Part shown: positions 20,541 through 29,820 of the stretch, piece after piece | Position numbering within the stretch: position 1 is the stretch's first letter | Layout of the letters: each line of letters opens with the position of its first letter | NCBI GenBank assembly: GCA_963778115.1 | Contig: CAVZSV010000005.1 | Coordinates: forward strand, 192,001-256,000 | DNA length: 64,000 bases | Reading direction: 5' to 3' | DNA from: an uncultured delta proteobacterium | GTDB lineage: Bacteria > Bdellovibrionota > FAC87 > UBA2466 | Program-made: the position numbers and the translations under genes | Notes under the pieces: generated by a model | Seen by the model: the letters and a program-made list of their open reading frames with translations, nothing else | What the model was told of the DNA's origin: nothing | The model's database searches: none

Positions 20541-21614
20541 TTAGTATCTGGCCACTTTATCATCCACTTCGAGCGACCATCGATCGATGCCACCGGTTAA
20601 ATTAGCGACATTGTTGTAGCCCATTTTACGAAGAAAGTTGGCGGCCTGGCGGCTGCGCATTCCGTGGTGGCAGAGGGCTACGATAGTCTGTGAGGGATCG
20701 AGCTCCTTGTAGCGGATCTCTAATTCGCTCAAAGGAATCAGTTTCCCTCCGATATTGGCGGTTGCGAATTCATCGGGTTCGCGAACATCGAGAATGACGA
20801 TAGCAGTTCCACTATCGAGTTGGGCTTTGAGTTCCTTGGGAGAGATCTCTTTCGTTTTGCTAAAAAACATGGGCGGTTCTCCTGAAATGCTACGTTGGGT
20901 TTTCGGCCTACAAACGCAATCCCCGTTGGGACCAATTTCAAAGGTGCTAAGTCGCGATTGAGTCGCATCCCAAAGCATTAGTTTACCCATACTTGTAGTG
21001 TCGCCTAGAAGAAATTTAATCGCTTCGGAACTTTGTAGCATTCCTATCATTCCGGGCACCACCCCGACCACTCCTACCTGCCCACAAGGGGGGGCTAACT
21101 CAATGGGGGGAGCTTCGGGGTAAAGGCAGCGGTAGCACGCCCCCCCGCTTGAGTTAAAGATCGCGACTTGGCCGGTAAACTCAAAGACGCTCCCCACGAT
21201 CAAAGGGACTCGGTACTTGAGGCAGGTATCATTTAACAGATAGCGGGTTGAAAGGTTATCGCTCCCATCGATGACCAGATCGTATTGGGCAACGATGGAG
21301 GCGTTGGCTTCGGTAAGACGCGGATGCCGGTTGAAATGAGTCGACGGAGAGACTTCGCTCAGTCTGCAAGCTGCGGCTTCGGCCTTTGGCCGTTTCAAAT
21401 CGGCTTGGGTATAAAGCGTCTGGCGGTGGAGATTAGAGAATTCCACGACATCCGAATCGGCGAGCCCCAAGGTCCCAATGCCCGCCGCGGCAAGATACAA
21501 AGAAGAAGGGCAACCCAGGCCTCCTAGTCCGACTAAGAGGACTTTGGCCTGACTAAGCCGCTGCTGTCCGTCTGCCCCAATGAGGCTTTTTTGGCGTTCG
21601 TATCTATCGTTCAC
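20541..21614 (-). CDS. moeZ: MoeB/ThiF-family adenylyltransferase fused to rhodanese (MoeZ/MoeBR-type)
   Basis: GLGGLG; SNLHRQ; DGSDN; CYRCLYP; C-terminal rhodanese LDVREPDE...CHHGMRS. Confidence 0.88.
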   Translation of the reverse strand: MNDRYERQKSLIGADGQQRLSQAKVLLVGLGGLGCPSSLYLAAAGIGTLGLADSDVVEFSNLHRQTLYTQADLKRPKAEAAACRLSEVSPSTHFNRHPRLTEANASIVAQYDLVIDGSDNLSTRYLLNDTCLKYRVPLIVGSVFEFTGQVAIFNSSGGACYRCLYPEAPPIELAPPCGQVGVVGVVPGMIGMLQSSEAIKFLLGDTTSMGKLMLWDATQSRLSTFEIGPNGDCVCRPKTQRSISGEPPMFFSKTKEISPKELKAQLDSGTAIVILDVREPDEFATANIGGKLIPLSELEIRYKELDPSQTIVALCHHGMRSRQAANFLRKMGYNNVANLTGGIDRWSLEVDDKVARY

Positions 21615-21696
21615 TTCACTGGTTTACACCGGTCCATGGTCTGAAGCTAGGCCATCACAAGATTGGCACATGGAGCAAAATCCGGACGCAGGGGAG

Positions 21697-21713
21697 TGTC
21701 TCAAGGCTGAGAA
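21697..21713. promoter_or_regulatory. Palindromic candidate activator site TCTCA-N4-TGAGA
   Basis: TGTCTCAAGGCTGAGAA; same core as the four sites at 33292-33432. Confidence 0.5.
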
Positions 21714-21727
21714 TGTCCCGGAACGGC

Positions 21728-21743
21728 TGGCACACCTTCTGCA
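21728..21743 (+). promoter_or_regulatory. Putative sigma-54 promoter of the activator gene
   Basis: TGGCACACCTTCTGCA, GG-N10-GC, ~48 bp upstream of ATG 21791. Confidence 0.7.
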
Positions 21744-21790
21744 CTGCAGAATCCCGTTAGTCATTCGTCATATATCGGGGAGAGAGAAGG

Positions 21791-22813
21791 ATGGTCCACA
21801 GCAATCAAGACGTTGGAATTATCGGCACCGAGCCATCGATTGTGCGTGCCAAAGAGTTGGTCGTTAAGGCTCAGGGCTTAAGGATACTCTTCGTAGGGGA
21901 GACAGGAGTGGGGAAGACCCCTTTTGCTAGGTACTCCAATCGAGTGATGAGAGAGGTTTCCGATAAAGAGCGTCCCTTTGAGCAAATCAACTGCGCCTGT
22001 TTGAGTCCGGAGCATTTTCAAGATCAACTATTCGGCCATAAGCGGGGCGCTTTTACCGGAGCTATCTCAGACAAAAAGGGGTTAGTGGAAATCGCTCGCG
22101 GAGGGGATCTGTTTCTGGATGAAATCGGCGACATGCCACTAGAGACTCAAAGCCATTTTCTCACCTTTCTAGACACGATGGAGTACTACCCTTTGGGAGA
22201 AGACCGAAAACGAAAAGCGGAGGTAAGAGTCCTGTGTGCCACCAACTGTAATCTCAAAGCGTTGGTGGAATTAGGCAAGTTCCGCAAGGATTTATACTCA
22301 AGAATTTCCCAAGTGATTGTAGAGATTCCTCCGTTGCGAGAACGCCCGGGTGACATCGCTGCTTTGTTCCGACACTTTATCCAAGTCTTCGCTGGAGGTC
22401 CCAAGCGATATGACGAGGCAATCATTTCCCTCATGGAAAGCTATTCGTGGAAAGAGGGTAACGTCCGAGAGCTGCGGGATGCGGTGGAGTATTTATGCCT
22501 GATGGCAAGTTCTAGTGAGTGCATCGCGATTAGCCACATGGCGGACAGGTTCCGCAGCCATCATGAAAGAAATAATTCCGATTACCAGGCGAAAATGGAG
22601 GATGTCTCTTTTGCTTCGAAGTTTGGGTTGGAACACTACCTAGAGCGCATCGAAAAGAGTCTTTTGGAAAAGTGTTTGACGAAAAATTCAGGCTCTTTGG
22701 AAAAAATGGCCCGTCAGCTACGCATCTCGCGCCCCACACTTTATCGAAGGCTAAAAAAATACGATATATTGGGAACAAAAGGGTACGAAGCCGACTTTGT
22801 GTTGGTGGGGTAA
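21791..22813 (+). CDS. Sigma-54 enhancer-binding protein (AAA+ + Fis HTH) with no N-terminal sensory domain
   Basis: [62 protein letters not shown]; the AAA domain begins ~10 aa from the start. Confidence 0.93.
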   Translation: MVHSNQDVGIIGTEPSIVRAKELVVKAQGLRILFVGETGVGKTPFARYSNRVMREVSDKERPFEQINCACLSPEHFQDQLFGHKRGAFTGAISDKKGLVEIARGGDLFLDEIGDMPLETQSHFLTFLDTMEYYPLGEDRKRKAEVRVLCATNCNLKALVELGKFRKDLYSRISQVIVEIPPLRERPGDIAALFRHFIQVFAGGPKRYDEAIISLMESYSWKEGNVRELRDAVEYLCLMASSSECIAISHMADRFRSHHERNNSDYQAKMEDVSFASKFGLEHYLERIEKSLLEKCLTKNSGSLEKMARQLRISRPTLYRRLKKYDILGTKGYEADFVLVG

Positions 22814-22855
22814 TCAATCCCGCTGTCATTAGATTTTGTTTTTTTTGTATCGTCA

Positions 22856-23455
22856 TTACATTTCCAACTTATCAAACCGTGTGGCTTGCTCAACTTTAAC
22901 GGGCGCGGCAGTAGCCGGGGCTTGGGTTGCAACCGGAAGTGGTGCAGAGTGCTTCGTCGTAACAACCGACGGGGACAAAATTCGTTGAGTCTGTCTAAGT
23001 TCTTTCGGAATCGCCAGTGCCTGAAGCGTGCAATCGATAAAAGTAATGGCTTTATCCTGGAAAAGAGCGCTTAACTCCCCGGTTCCCTCTAAAAATAGAC
23101 AGTCTTCAAAGATCAAACTGTTTTGCGAACTCACCGAACGAACCTCTACAAAGCGGCAGTTGTCGAAAGTGCAGCGGACAAAGCGAGTCGCCTGAAAGGT
23201 GCAATCCGTTATCAGCGTATCTTTGAAATAGGCGTTGCGAAAGCTCACACAAGTAAAGTCGCTGCGCTCCAGATGAGATTCTACGAACCTAGCCCCCTCA
23301 AAGGTGCTCTGTGCCGCCGTGACTCCGGCCAGTGTCGATTGGATCACACTCAAGGCGCAGAGAGTTTTGTCGACGAGATGGCTTCTTGCTATCTCAGTGC
23401 GAACTAGGGGCCCTTGACTGCAGTGACTTAAATCATATTTGTCGTACCCGTTCAT
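22856..23455 (-). CDS. Pentapeptide-repeat (beta-helix) protein with a Pro/Ala/Thr linker and short C-terminal tail
   Basis: STFEG/ARFVE/SHLER/SDFTC/VSFRN/AYFKD/CTFQA/TRFVR/CTFDN periodicity; 4-nt overlap with the upstream hub gene. Confidence 0.75.
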   Translation of the reverse strand: MNGYDKYDLSHCSQGPLVRTEIARSHLVDKTLCALSVIQSTLAGVTAAQSTFEGARFVESHLERSDFTCVSFRNAYFKDTLITDCTFQATRFVRCTFDNCRFVEVRSVSSQNSLIFEDCLFLEGTGELSALFQDKAITFIDCTLQALAIPKELRQTQRILSPSVVTTKHSAPLPVATQAPATAAPVKVEQATRFDKLEM

Positions 23456-24471
23456 GGCCGAATCGCCTCCATGTCCATGCGAGGGGCTGAACCCGCTGCG
23501 GTAATCTTGCAGCTCTTGATGAGATAGTTTCCCTCGTGTTGTGTTGAAACTGCCCCATTTTTGATCTTGATGCGATCTCCAGGAAGGCCCACGGGCTCAA
23601 AAACGGAGAGTTTAATGCTCTCTTGCTCCATGAGTTTCTTTGAGAGCTGATTCTTTAGCAGTTGCTCACCCGATTCAAAATGGTAATTCTCGTTCACGTG
23701 GGCTTCGTAGCTGCCCTTGGCATTCTTCCACGTCGTCTTATCTCGATAGCTACTGTGATCTTTAAAATTACTGAGCGGGCTGTAAAGATCATTAGCCCCC
23801 ATGCGTTTTTCTTTTGATTCCAGAGAATGCTGGTCCAAATACTTAAAATTTACTTGAGAATAGTAGTGGTCCGCCGACTGGCCATAACTTACGTTGGTCA
23901 CCTGACTTTGGGAAGTCGTCTCTACGTCCTTCACGTAACTCCCTACTTTTAAAAAACAGATTTGTCCCGAAGTGGACTTGATAAAAAAATAAAAGCCAAA
24001 CTCCTGCGCCAGAGTTGTAAGATGGTCTAATAGCGAAGGGCCGGTCAGATTAAGCGAGGGGACTTGTTCACCAAAATTTCCGATGTAGCGGGTCTGGAGT
24101 CCTATCTTGGCGGTTAATTTGTCCAAACATTCGCCCAGAGTTTGTTGCTTAAAGAAAATATTTTCGTGAGATTTCTGCGCTCCGAAAAGAGCGTCTCGGT
24201 AGCTTAGACGTAACCGGTGAGGGTCCAGGTGGGTGAGACCTGTGAGATTTCCCTTAAACAAGGTCCTATCCGCCCACAGAAATGAGGCCTCTTGAGGAAT
24301 CTCCCGGGACGCCAGGCGGCTTATGTCCTGGGGAGAAAGACTTACGACCGCCTCTAAAGTGGCGCTCTGATCTAACGTCAATAGGACCTCCACGGAAGAA
24401 ACGCTTTTTGCGATCTTTGCACTTCCTAGATCCCACCGAAAAGTAGCTCGGGATGAGTGGCTAGCCTCCAT
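23452..24471 (-). CDS. Phage late-control D / gp27-like baseplate hub (VgrG N-terminal-like, no gp5 spike)
   Basis: LFKGNLTG..., FFKQQTLGECLDKLTAKIGL, SLLDHLTTLAQEFGFYFFI, PGDRIKIK...GNYLIKSCK resemble gpD/VgrG hub motifs; CIS context. Confidence 0.7.
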   Translation of the reverse strand: MEASHSSRATFRWDLGSAKIAKSVSSVEVLLTLDQSATLEAVVSLSPQDISRLASREIPQEASFLWADRTLFKGNLTGLTHLDPHRLRLSYRDALFGAQKSHENIFFKQQTLGECLDKLTAKIGLQTRYIGNFGEQVPSLNLTGPSLLDHLTTLAQEFGFYFFIKSTSGQICFLKVGSYVKDVETTSQSQVTNVSYGQSADHYYSQVNFKYLDQHSLESKEKRMGANDLYSPLSNFKDHSSYRDKTTWKNAKGSYEAHVNENYHFESGEQLLKNQLSKKLMEQESIKLSVFEPVGLPGDRIKIKNGAVSTQHEGNYLIKSCKITAAGSAPRMDMEAIRP

Positions 24472-25261
24472 GAGCAAATCCCCCCTTCGTCATGGGAATG
24501 GCCGATTGAGACACGATCTTTCCATTGACCAAGACTTTAATGTTCCATCGGTGGGCTACCGTCGTCAAAAGATGGACCTCGGCGGGGTTGGCATTGGTAA
24601 CTTGGTGTGATCGGGGATCGATAAAGTAGGTCATGAGGTTCAAATAACCGGAATAACCGATGGAGCCCAGAGCGCCTACGACTTCAAGAGAGTCGTCTAA
24701 AAATCCGGGCATCATTAGATGACGGATCAAAAGCCCATGAGTTAGTTTTCCCGATTCGTTGAGATGGGAAAAGCCATGCGTTGTTAAAAGTGTCTCGATG
24801 GCGCGAATTGCGGTTGTGCCATAGTGAGTGGGAAGGTTAACCGATTTAGCCTGTTCCATTCCGAAGACTTTAAAATCGGGAACGATAATATCACCCAACG
24901 AGGCCATCGATTCGATGAGTTTGATGCCTTCAAAGCCACTTATTTTAAGCACAATCGGCAGAAGTTTTCCATAATTCTGCTTAATCTTAAACACGGGTTT
25001 GGCTAATTGCCCCCAAAAATGAGAGGGGGAGATGAGATTAAGGTTTCGGGCGCCTCGCATGACGAGATCCTCAACGAGATGAGTAAAACCCTCACTCGTA
25101 TAGGTCTGCCCTAACTCGTAACGGCTTGTTTCTGGCGTATAGCAAAAATTACAGGCCAGATGGCAACCGGTGAAAGTGATCATGCCGGAGCTTTGGTTGC
25201 CGGCAACAATCTTCTCTTCTCCTAGATGGATACCGCTTTTATAGATCTTTATCGCTTTCAT
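24461..25261 (-). CDS. PflX-like radical SAM protein
   Basis: HLGEEK...SGMITFTGCHLACNFC (CxxxCxxC); NLNLISPSH; PDFK; GLLIRHLMMPG. Confidence 0.85.
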   Translation of the reverse strand: MKAIKIYKSGIHLGEEKIVAGNQSSGMITFTGCHLACNFCYTPETSRYELGQTYTSEGFTHLVEDLVMRGARNLNLISPSHFWGQLAKPVFKIKQNYGKLLPIVLKISGFEGIKLIESMASLGDIIVPDFKVFGMEQAKSVNLPTHYGTTAIRAIETLLTTHGFSHLNESGKLTHGLLIRHLMMPGFLDDSLEVVGALGSIGYSGYLNLMTYFIDPRSHQVTNANPAEVHLLTTVAHRWNIKVLVNGKIVSQSAIPMTKGGFAHGG

Positions 25262-25404
25262 GGCTCTTCTCCAGGCGTCTGCGGGAAATATTCATTCAAA
25301 AGTTTTCTGACCTCGTCCCATAGGTCGGTCACAATGAGATCCCCATCGGGCTGAATATAGATTCGGGTTACTACCGCTTTCTTATCGGAGTTTGCGTCAC
25401 TCAT
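25258..25404 (-). CDS. Unannotated 48-aa protein
   Basis: MSDANSDKKAVVTRIYIQPDGDLIVTDLWDEVRKLLNEYFPQTPGEEP; fills the gap with ATGA overlaps to both neighbours; GGAG RBS. Confidence 0.7.
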   Translation of the reverse strand: MSDANSDKKAVVTRIYIQPDGDLIVTDLWDEVRKLLNEYFPQTPGEEP

Positions 25405-25610
25405 GTTTTCTCCGACTCTGAGAGCACCGGGGAAGCCTCTGTGCCTTCCACGGCATGGTAATAGCTATCGGTATAGGTCTTGCGGGCAATGACGCCTAAA
25501 GCGCTTTCAAAGGGTTCGGTCATTTTTTCACATTCGTTCCCTTGGGCTCCCTGTACGCGAATTTCAACTTCACCGTTGGAATCGATATGAAAAGTTACTT
25601 TTTTTACCAT
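25401..25610 (-). CDS. DUF2997-family small protein
   Basis: KVTFHIDSNGEVEIRVQGAQGNECEKMTEPFESALG...YTDSYY pattern; adjacent to DUF1257. Confidence 0.82.
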   Translation of the reverse strand: MVKKVTFHIDSNGEVEIRVQGAQGNECEKMTEPFESALGVIARKTYTDSYYHAVEGTEASPVLSESEKT

Positions 25611-25999
25611 TGGGTCACCACCATTTCGATGCTGTTTTGGGTTTCGTCCTCCACACATTGGATATCGTATCCTTGGGTCTTTGCGATCTCTTGGATGGCG
25701 GTTTTGGCGTAAGATCGTTTAAGACCTCTTAAGAAGTCCTCCTGAGTAATGCCCGCTACTTTGGGCATCAGTTCCCAGTCACCGACCACCTGATAGTTTC
25801 CCTCTTCGTCACGGACAAACCCGATATCGTAATGGGTGCGAGTCAGAATTTTGAACTCCGCGGGCAAAGTATTTCCGAAATAGCCTCGAACGACTCGCCC
25901 CTCTTCGTTATCGACAATGGTGTGGCCCATAGCGAGCAAAGCCTTCTTTAGGACCTGGCGATTGCTAAGACGGGTTTTAACTTCCGAGAAATGGGACAT
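25604..25999 (-). CDS. DUF1257 (Ycf35-like) protein
   Basis: MSHFSEVKTRL...LKKALLAMG...VRGYFG...YDIGF...YQVVGDW...YA...GY...VVTQW. Confidence 0.88.
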   Translation of the reverse strand: MSHFSEVKTRLSNRQVLKKALLAMGHTIVDNEEGRVVRGYFGNTLPAEFKILTRTHYDIGFVRDEEGNYQVVGDWELMPKVAGITQEDFLRGLKRSYAKTAIQEIAKTQGYDIQCVEDETQNSIEMVVTQW

Positions 26000-26619
26000 T
26001 ACAGCCTCCTCTTTTGCAAACGCACGGGGCCAGACAGATCGAAATAGCAGCTTTCAACAAGGGCTCTCTCTTTGGGATTCGCGACGAGTACCGAATATCC
26101 TTCTGGAACAAAGTGGCTGGCGGTTTGTCGGAACTCTAGAATTCGCGCGTCCGGGCACGGGCGATCTAGTTGGACAAAGACGATTCTATTTTCATCAGCA
26201 GATTCCACAAGGGATAGGGGAAAGCTTTGCCTTTTTACTAAGCGATCTCGTTGGTATGGCCTTCCACGCGTCACTGAGATTTGCCCAAAATAGAGCCGCC
26301 CTAAAAGCTCCAGCGATCGTAGCGTTCCCTTACTCTCAAAGAGTCTGGGAAGGAGGTCAAAGAGATCCGAAATCTCCGATTCTCCTAAAGTGCTGTATTC
26401 AAACCCATAGCTTTCAAGGGTCGCACGCTGTTGCGAATCGTCGAAACTTCTAGGGTTAAGCGAGTAAGAGATTTGGTGGCTAATGACTAAAAGCTCGAAG
26501 GCCAAAGTATCTAGACTCTCCGCCAGAGGATGGGAAGTGTCACTTCCTAGCCCCAAATCCATTTTGAAATAGTCGGGATAGTGGCTACTCGGTAAAAAAG
26601 AGGACGGGCGCTTACCCAT
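25999..26619 (-). CDS. Baseplate wedge protein, P2 gpI-like / phage tail protein
   Basis: LNPRSFD...; LPRLFESKGTLRSLELLGRLYFG matches the gpI 'KGT..L' motif; follows baseplate J. Confidence 0.65.
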   Translation of the reverse strand: MGKRPSSFLPSSHYPDYFKMDLGLGSDTSHPLAESLDTLAFELLVISHQISYSLNPRSFDDSQQRATLESYGFEYSTLGESEISDLFDLLPRLFESKGTLRSLELLGRLYFGQISVTRGRPYQRDRLVKRQSFPLSLVESADENRIVFVQLDRPCPDARILEFRQTASHFVPEGYSVLVANPKERALVESCYFDLSGPVRLQKRRL

Positions 26620-28504
26620 GGCTTCTCCTTCCCGCGGCATTTTCGCTTAGAGCTGGGTCAAAGTTCTCCGAAACTTCCTCGCTTAGACGCTGCCAATTGG
26701 TTTCGACCTCGATGGTGGGAACTACAATCTCCCCGTCTCTGCGGCCGATACTCTCTCCAAAGTGAGAGGTGCAAGGGTTCACGATTAATGCCTCCACTCT
26801 TATAAGCTCGGAGGGTTCCAAATGGGAGTGATCCGAAAGGGGATGGGAGAGTCTGCCTCGGAGCCTGGCTAAGAAGGACTCTTTGGTTTCGGGAATGCCT
26901 GCTTTTAGGCCAAACGGGGAAAGTAAATCGCGACAGTGTTCTTTGATTCGTTGGGAAACAAGCGCGTCGTTTAAGCTTCCCATCCTTCCTTCTTCTAGGG
27001 AAACTTCGGTCTTGATAAACACGGTCACCGCAACGTTTGTGAATGGCTCCATCTTCCACTGGTAGTCGAGCGGGATCATTCGATTAAGTAGGGCTGCCAC
27101 TTTGTTGACGAGTTCTGTCGGAAGCGAATGGCTATCGGTGGGATTAGCCAGATGCACGTCGCTTAACAGATATACGGTGATCTCTTTGCTTTCGGCGTCG
27201 ACGGTAAGTTCCACGCGCTTGAGCGAGGGATCTACCCCTTCGATTTGACTCACCAGTTCAGACTTTAAGATGCCAGGTGAAGGCATTGGGTTAGCACTGA
27301 GAAACCGCATCGTTGCGTAGAAACGCTTTAGAAATTCCACTTTCGTTTCCCGTTTGAAAAAGGGGCTGATGGCCTGGATGGGAACAATCTTATCGATAAA
27401 AGCCGCCAAATCTCCGGTGCTTCCTTGAAAATCAGGGCTTAGCCAATCTAACGCGGGACTAAGATGAATGGTTTCTGCATAAAGGGTAACCCCACCCGTG
27501 TAATCCCCCATCAATAACGCACCTCCAGGTAGAATGAGCGAATGGCTTGTTGGGTTGTAGAAAAAAGCGTTTTGAAAGCGACTGGGATCCGTGTGTCTAA
27601 GTTTGAGCAGATCCATTTCAAGTCGGTTGAGAATAACCGAGTGGTCGTCGGGATATTGCAATTGGATTTGGCTCGGAGTGCCAAGGACTCTGTCGTCCAA
27701 AGGGATCTCTTCCCAGGGCTCTCCTTTAAGCGTCGCTAAGCAGCGATCGGTTTCGACTTCAAAAAGGTGAAAGGGGAACAAGTTGGTATAGAAGCTTCCT
27801 GAAGGAGATCGGTCATCGAAGATAAATTTTAAAGAAAGATCCGCCGTTCCCGCTCCGAAGCTAAGAAGACCGCTTGCTTTGCCCGGTTTTATGACGATCT
27901 CGCCGGGACTCGTAAATTCTTTGGTGTAGTCGGTCAGAGAAAGCTCTTCTTGGAAAAAGGTTTCTACTTTCCTGGTTGAGCCGTGAGAAATAGTAAGAAT
28001 GACCTCCTTTAATTTTACCGGCTGGTGATTCGATGCATTCGGCTGCAAAGCGGGGAGGAAAGTAATGGCTATCTCTTTACAAGGCGCTTTGATCGCAGCC
28101 TTCATTTCGACTGTCTGACCTTGAGAGCTAAAGCGTACGTCGTGAAAAGGCGCTAATCGAATCGACGCCACCGGAGCGATTTGACAAGTTCCTTTTTCCC
28201 CCTGGAACCGAAACGTATTTTCGGGCCCCAAGGTTTTAGGCTCGCTGAGTCCCGCATTAGGTTTTAACTGAAACCATCCCACCGGGGCCTTCGCACTTTT
28301 GGCGGAGAAGTTCATTAATGAGGGTAGGGTGTCTAGCACCGTATCGACGAAGCGGGTCTGACGCCGCTCGATTTCCGCGAGAGAGCAACTGAGCCCTTCC
28401 GAAAATACCTTTACCGGATCCATGGGTGAGGCTGAGTCCCAACCGGGAAAGTGCTTGCGGAAGGAATCATTTAGAATCTGTTGGTATCTATTTTCTAGTT
28501 TCAT
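26612..28504 (-). CDS. Baseplate J-like assembly protein (Afp11-like, divergent)
   Basis: N-terminal LENRYQQILNDSFRKHFPGWDSASPMDPVKVFSE resembles the LDDR..W....SDPG motif; RETKVEFLKR; follows gp25. Confidence 0.7.
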   Translation of the reverse strand: MKLENRYQQILNDSFRKHFPGWDSASPMDPVKVFSEGLSCSLAEIERRQTRFVDTVLDTLPSLMNFSAKSAKAPVGWFQLKPNAGLSEPKTLGPENTFRFQGEKGTCQIAPVASIRLAPFHDVRFSSQGQTVEMKAAIKAPCKEIAITFLPALQPNASNHQPVKLKEVILTISHGSTRKVETFFQEELSLTDYTKEFTSPGEIVIKPGKASGLLSFGAGTADLSLKFIFDDRSPSGSFYTNLFPFHLFEVETDRCLATLKGEPWEEIPLDDRVLGTPSQIQLQYPDDHSVILNRLEMDLLKLRHTDPSRFQNAFFYNPTSHSLILPGGALLMGDYTGGVTLYAETIHLSPALDWLSPDFQGSTGDLAAFIDKIVPIQAISPFFKRETKVEFLKRFYATMRFLSANPMPSPGILKSELVSQIEGVDPSLKRVELTVDAESKEITVYLLSDVHLANPTDSHSLPTELVNKVAALLNRMIPLDYQWKMEPFTNVAVTVFIKTEVSLEEGRMGSLNDALVSQRIKEHCRDLLSPFGLKAGIPETKESFLARLRGRLSHPLSDHSHLEPSELIRVEALIVNPCTSHFGESIGRRDGEIVVPTIEVETNWQRLSEEVSENFDPALSENAAGRRSHG

Positions 28505-28513
28505 AAGATATCC

Positions 28514-28900
28514 TTAGGGAGCCAAAGCCAGACGAAGCTGGTCCTGTTTTTGTGTCTCTCGTATTTGGTATTTCAAAAAGATCTGCAGTTGGCTGCGATC
28601 GGTGGCTGAGGCAGTGACATCCACGTCAAGCTGGTTAACGCGAGGCTCTGCCGATTCTATCGCCGCGCGAACCTGGTCTCGGATTTCACTTTTGGTGGAC
28701 ATGGTAAGGGGGCGAAACAGCAGGTCGCGCAACCGGCTTCCCACAGTGGGGTAGAGCGGTCGCTCTCCCCGGGTGGTCAAAATCGCGGCCCTTAGACAAT
28801 ATTTAACGTGTTCTTCCAAGGAGCAACGGCAAAGGGTGGAGGTAAAATCTCCCGTCGAAGGGGTTAAAATCTGATAGGTGATTTTGGTTCTATTTTCCAT
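28514..28900 (-). CDS. GPW/gp25-family baseplate protein (Afp9-like)
   Basis: ILTTRGERPLYPTVGSRLRDLLFRP...AIESAEPRV. Confidence 0.9.
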   Translation of the reverse strand: MENRTKITYQILTPSTGDFTSTLCRCSLEEHVKYCLRAAILTTRGERPLYPTVGSRLRDLLFRPLTMSTKSEIRDQVRAAIESAEPRVNQLDVDVTASATDRSQLQIFLKYQIRETQKQDQLRLALAP

Positions 28901-29324
28901 GTTCGTATTCTCCCGAGGAGACAAGACTCAGATCTATGGAGAGGCTGGTGGCTTCGCCGTGGTCATCGAAACGGGTGGTGAGGACACTGACCGAAGAGGG
29001 GTAACCCAGGAACCGAAACGAGCCCATGGTGAATTCCAATTGAGGGATGGATTTTTTGTCTTCGTCTACTTTATTTAAGCTGCGCAAGAAGCCGTGAACC
29101 GTTTTGATACTGCAATCCTTGTCGGCATCTCTATCAAATCTTAAGTTGAAAGACAGTTGTGATGCCCCTCCGCTTTTAAAGGCTACCATCGGCGCATGTT
29201 GACCCAGACAAGGTTCGACATGGTAATCGAAATGACGAGTGAGCCTAAAGTCGGTGGGGTTGAGCGAAAAGTTAAGTGCCTCTCCCGAATCCTTATTGAC
29301 TAATTTTCCTTTGGCGGTCTGCAT
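28890..29324 (-). CDS. CIS tube-initiator protein (Afp7-like) without a LysM domain
   Basis: FSLNPTDF; VAFKSGGASQLSFNLRFD; PQLEFTMGSFRFLG; TRFDDHGE. Confidence 0.75.
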   Translation of the reverse strand: MQTAKGKLVNKDSGEALNFSLNPTDFRLTRHFDYHVEPCLGQHAPMVAFKSGGASQLSFNLRFDRDADKDCSIKTVHGFLRSLNKVDEDKKSIPQLEFTMGSFRFLGYPSSVSVLTTRFDDHGEATSLSIDLSLVSSGEYEHGK

Positions 29325-29335
29325 AGAACTCCTTA

Positions 29336-29800
29336 CTACTTTTTCCTCTCGATTCCTTCATGCGCGAAACTTACGTATTCGACGGCAACGGTGGTGGCGT
29401 CACGGCTTAATAGGGGCGCATTCCATCGACAGGGCCATGCATTAATCACTCTCCATTCCGTCAATTTCTTGCCTTCTCGGTCGGTAATGGTGATAGAGAG
29501 GGTCTTTTTTTGTAGCGGCTTTGAGGAATCGCAAACGTCGAGATACCAGTCAAAAATAGTCTTTCCCGAGTCGCCACTTGAGGTTCCTTGACCAAACGAA
29601 AGCCGATGCACTCGCTGAGCTCCCCGTGCCGTCTTGGGAGCCCCAAGCAATCCCCCTTCTGAAAAATAGAGGACTTCGATTTCGGACTCTAGTCCTTCAC
29701 AGCTTTTGAAGACCATGTCTTTAAGTTCGGGAATGACCACTTTAAATTGTGTGGTGAGTCCGTCTTGTTCGTTTGCGCTATTTGTGTTGTCGTAAGCCAT
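29336..29800 (-). CDS. T4 gp19-like tail tube protein 2 (Afp5-like)
   Basis: FKSCEGLESEIEV...EGG; IFDWY; EWRVINAWPCRWNAPLL; VAVEYVSFAHEGI. Confidence 0.9.
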   Translation of the reverse strand: MAYDNTNSANEQDGLTTQFKVVIPELKDMVFKSCEGLESEIEVLYFSEGGLLGAPKTARGAQRVHRLSFGQGTSSGDSGKTIFDWYLDVCDSSKPLQKKTLSITITDREGKKLTEWRVINAWPCRWNAPLLSRDATTVAVEYVSFAHEGIERKK

Positions 29801-29820
29801 ATAGAAAGTTCCTTCGAATC

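Noticed and set aside
21663..21680. Second sigma-54 promoter TTGGCACATGGAGC
   Set aside because: GG-to-GC spacing is 8 rather than 10
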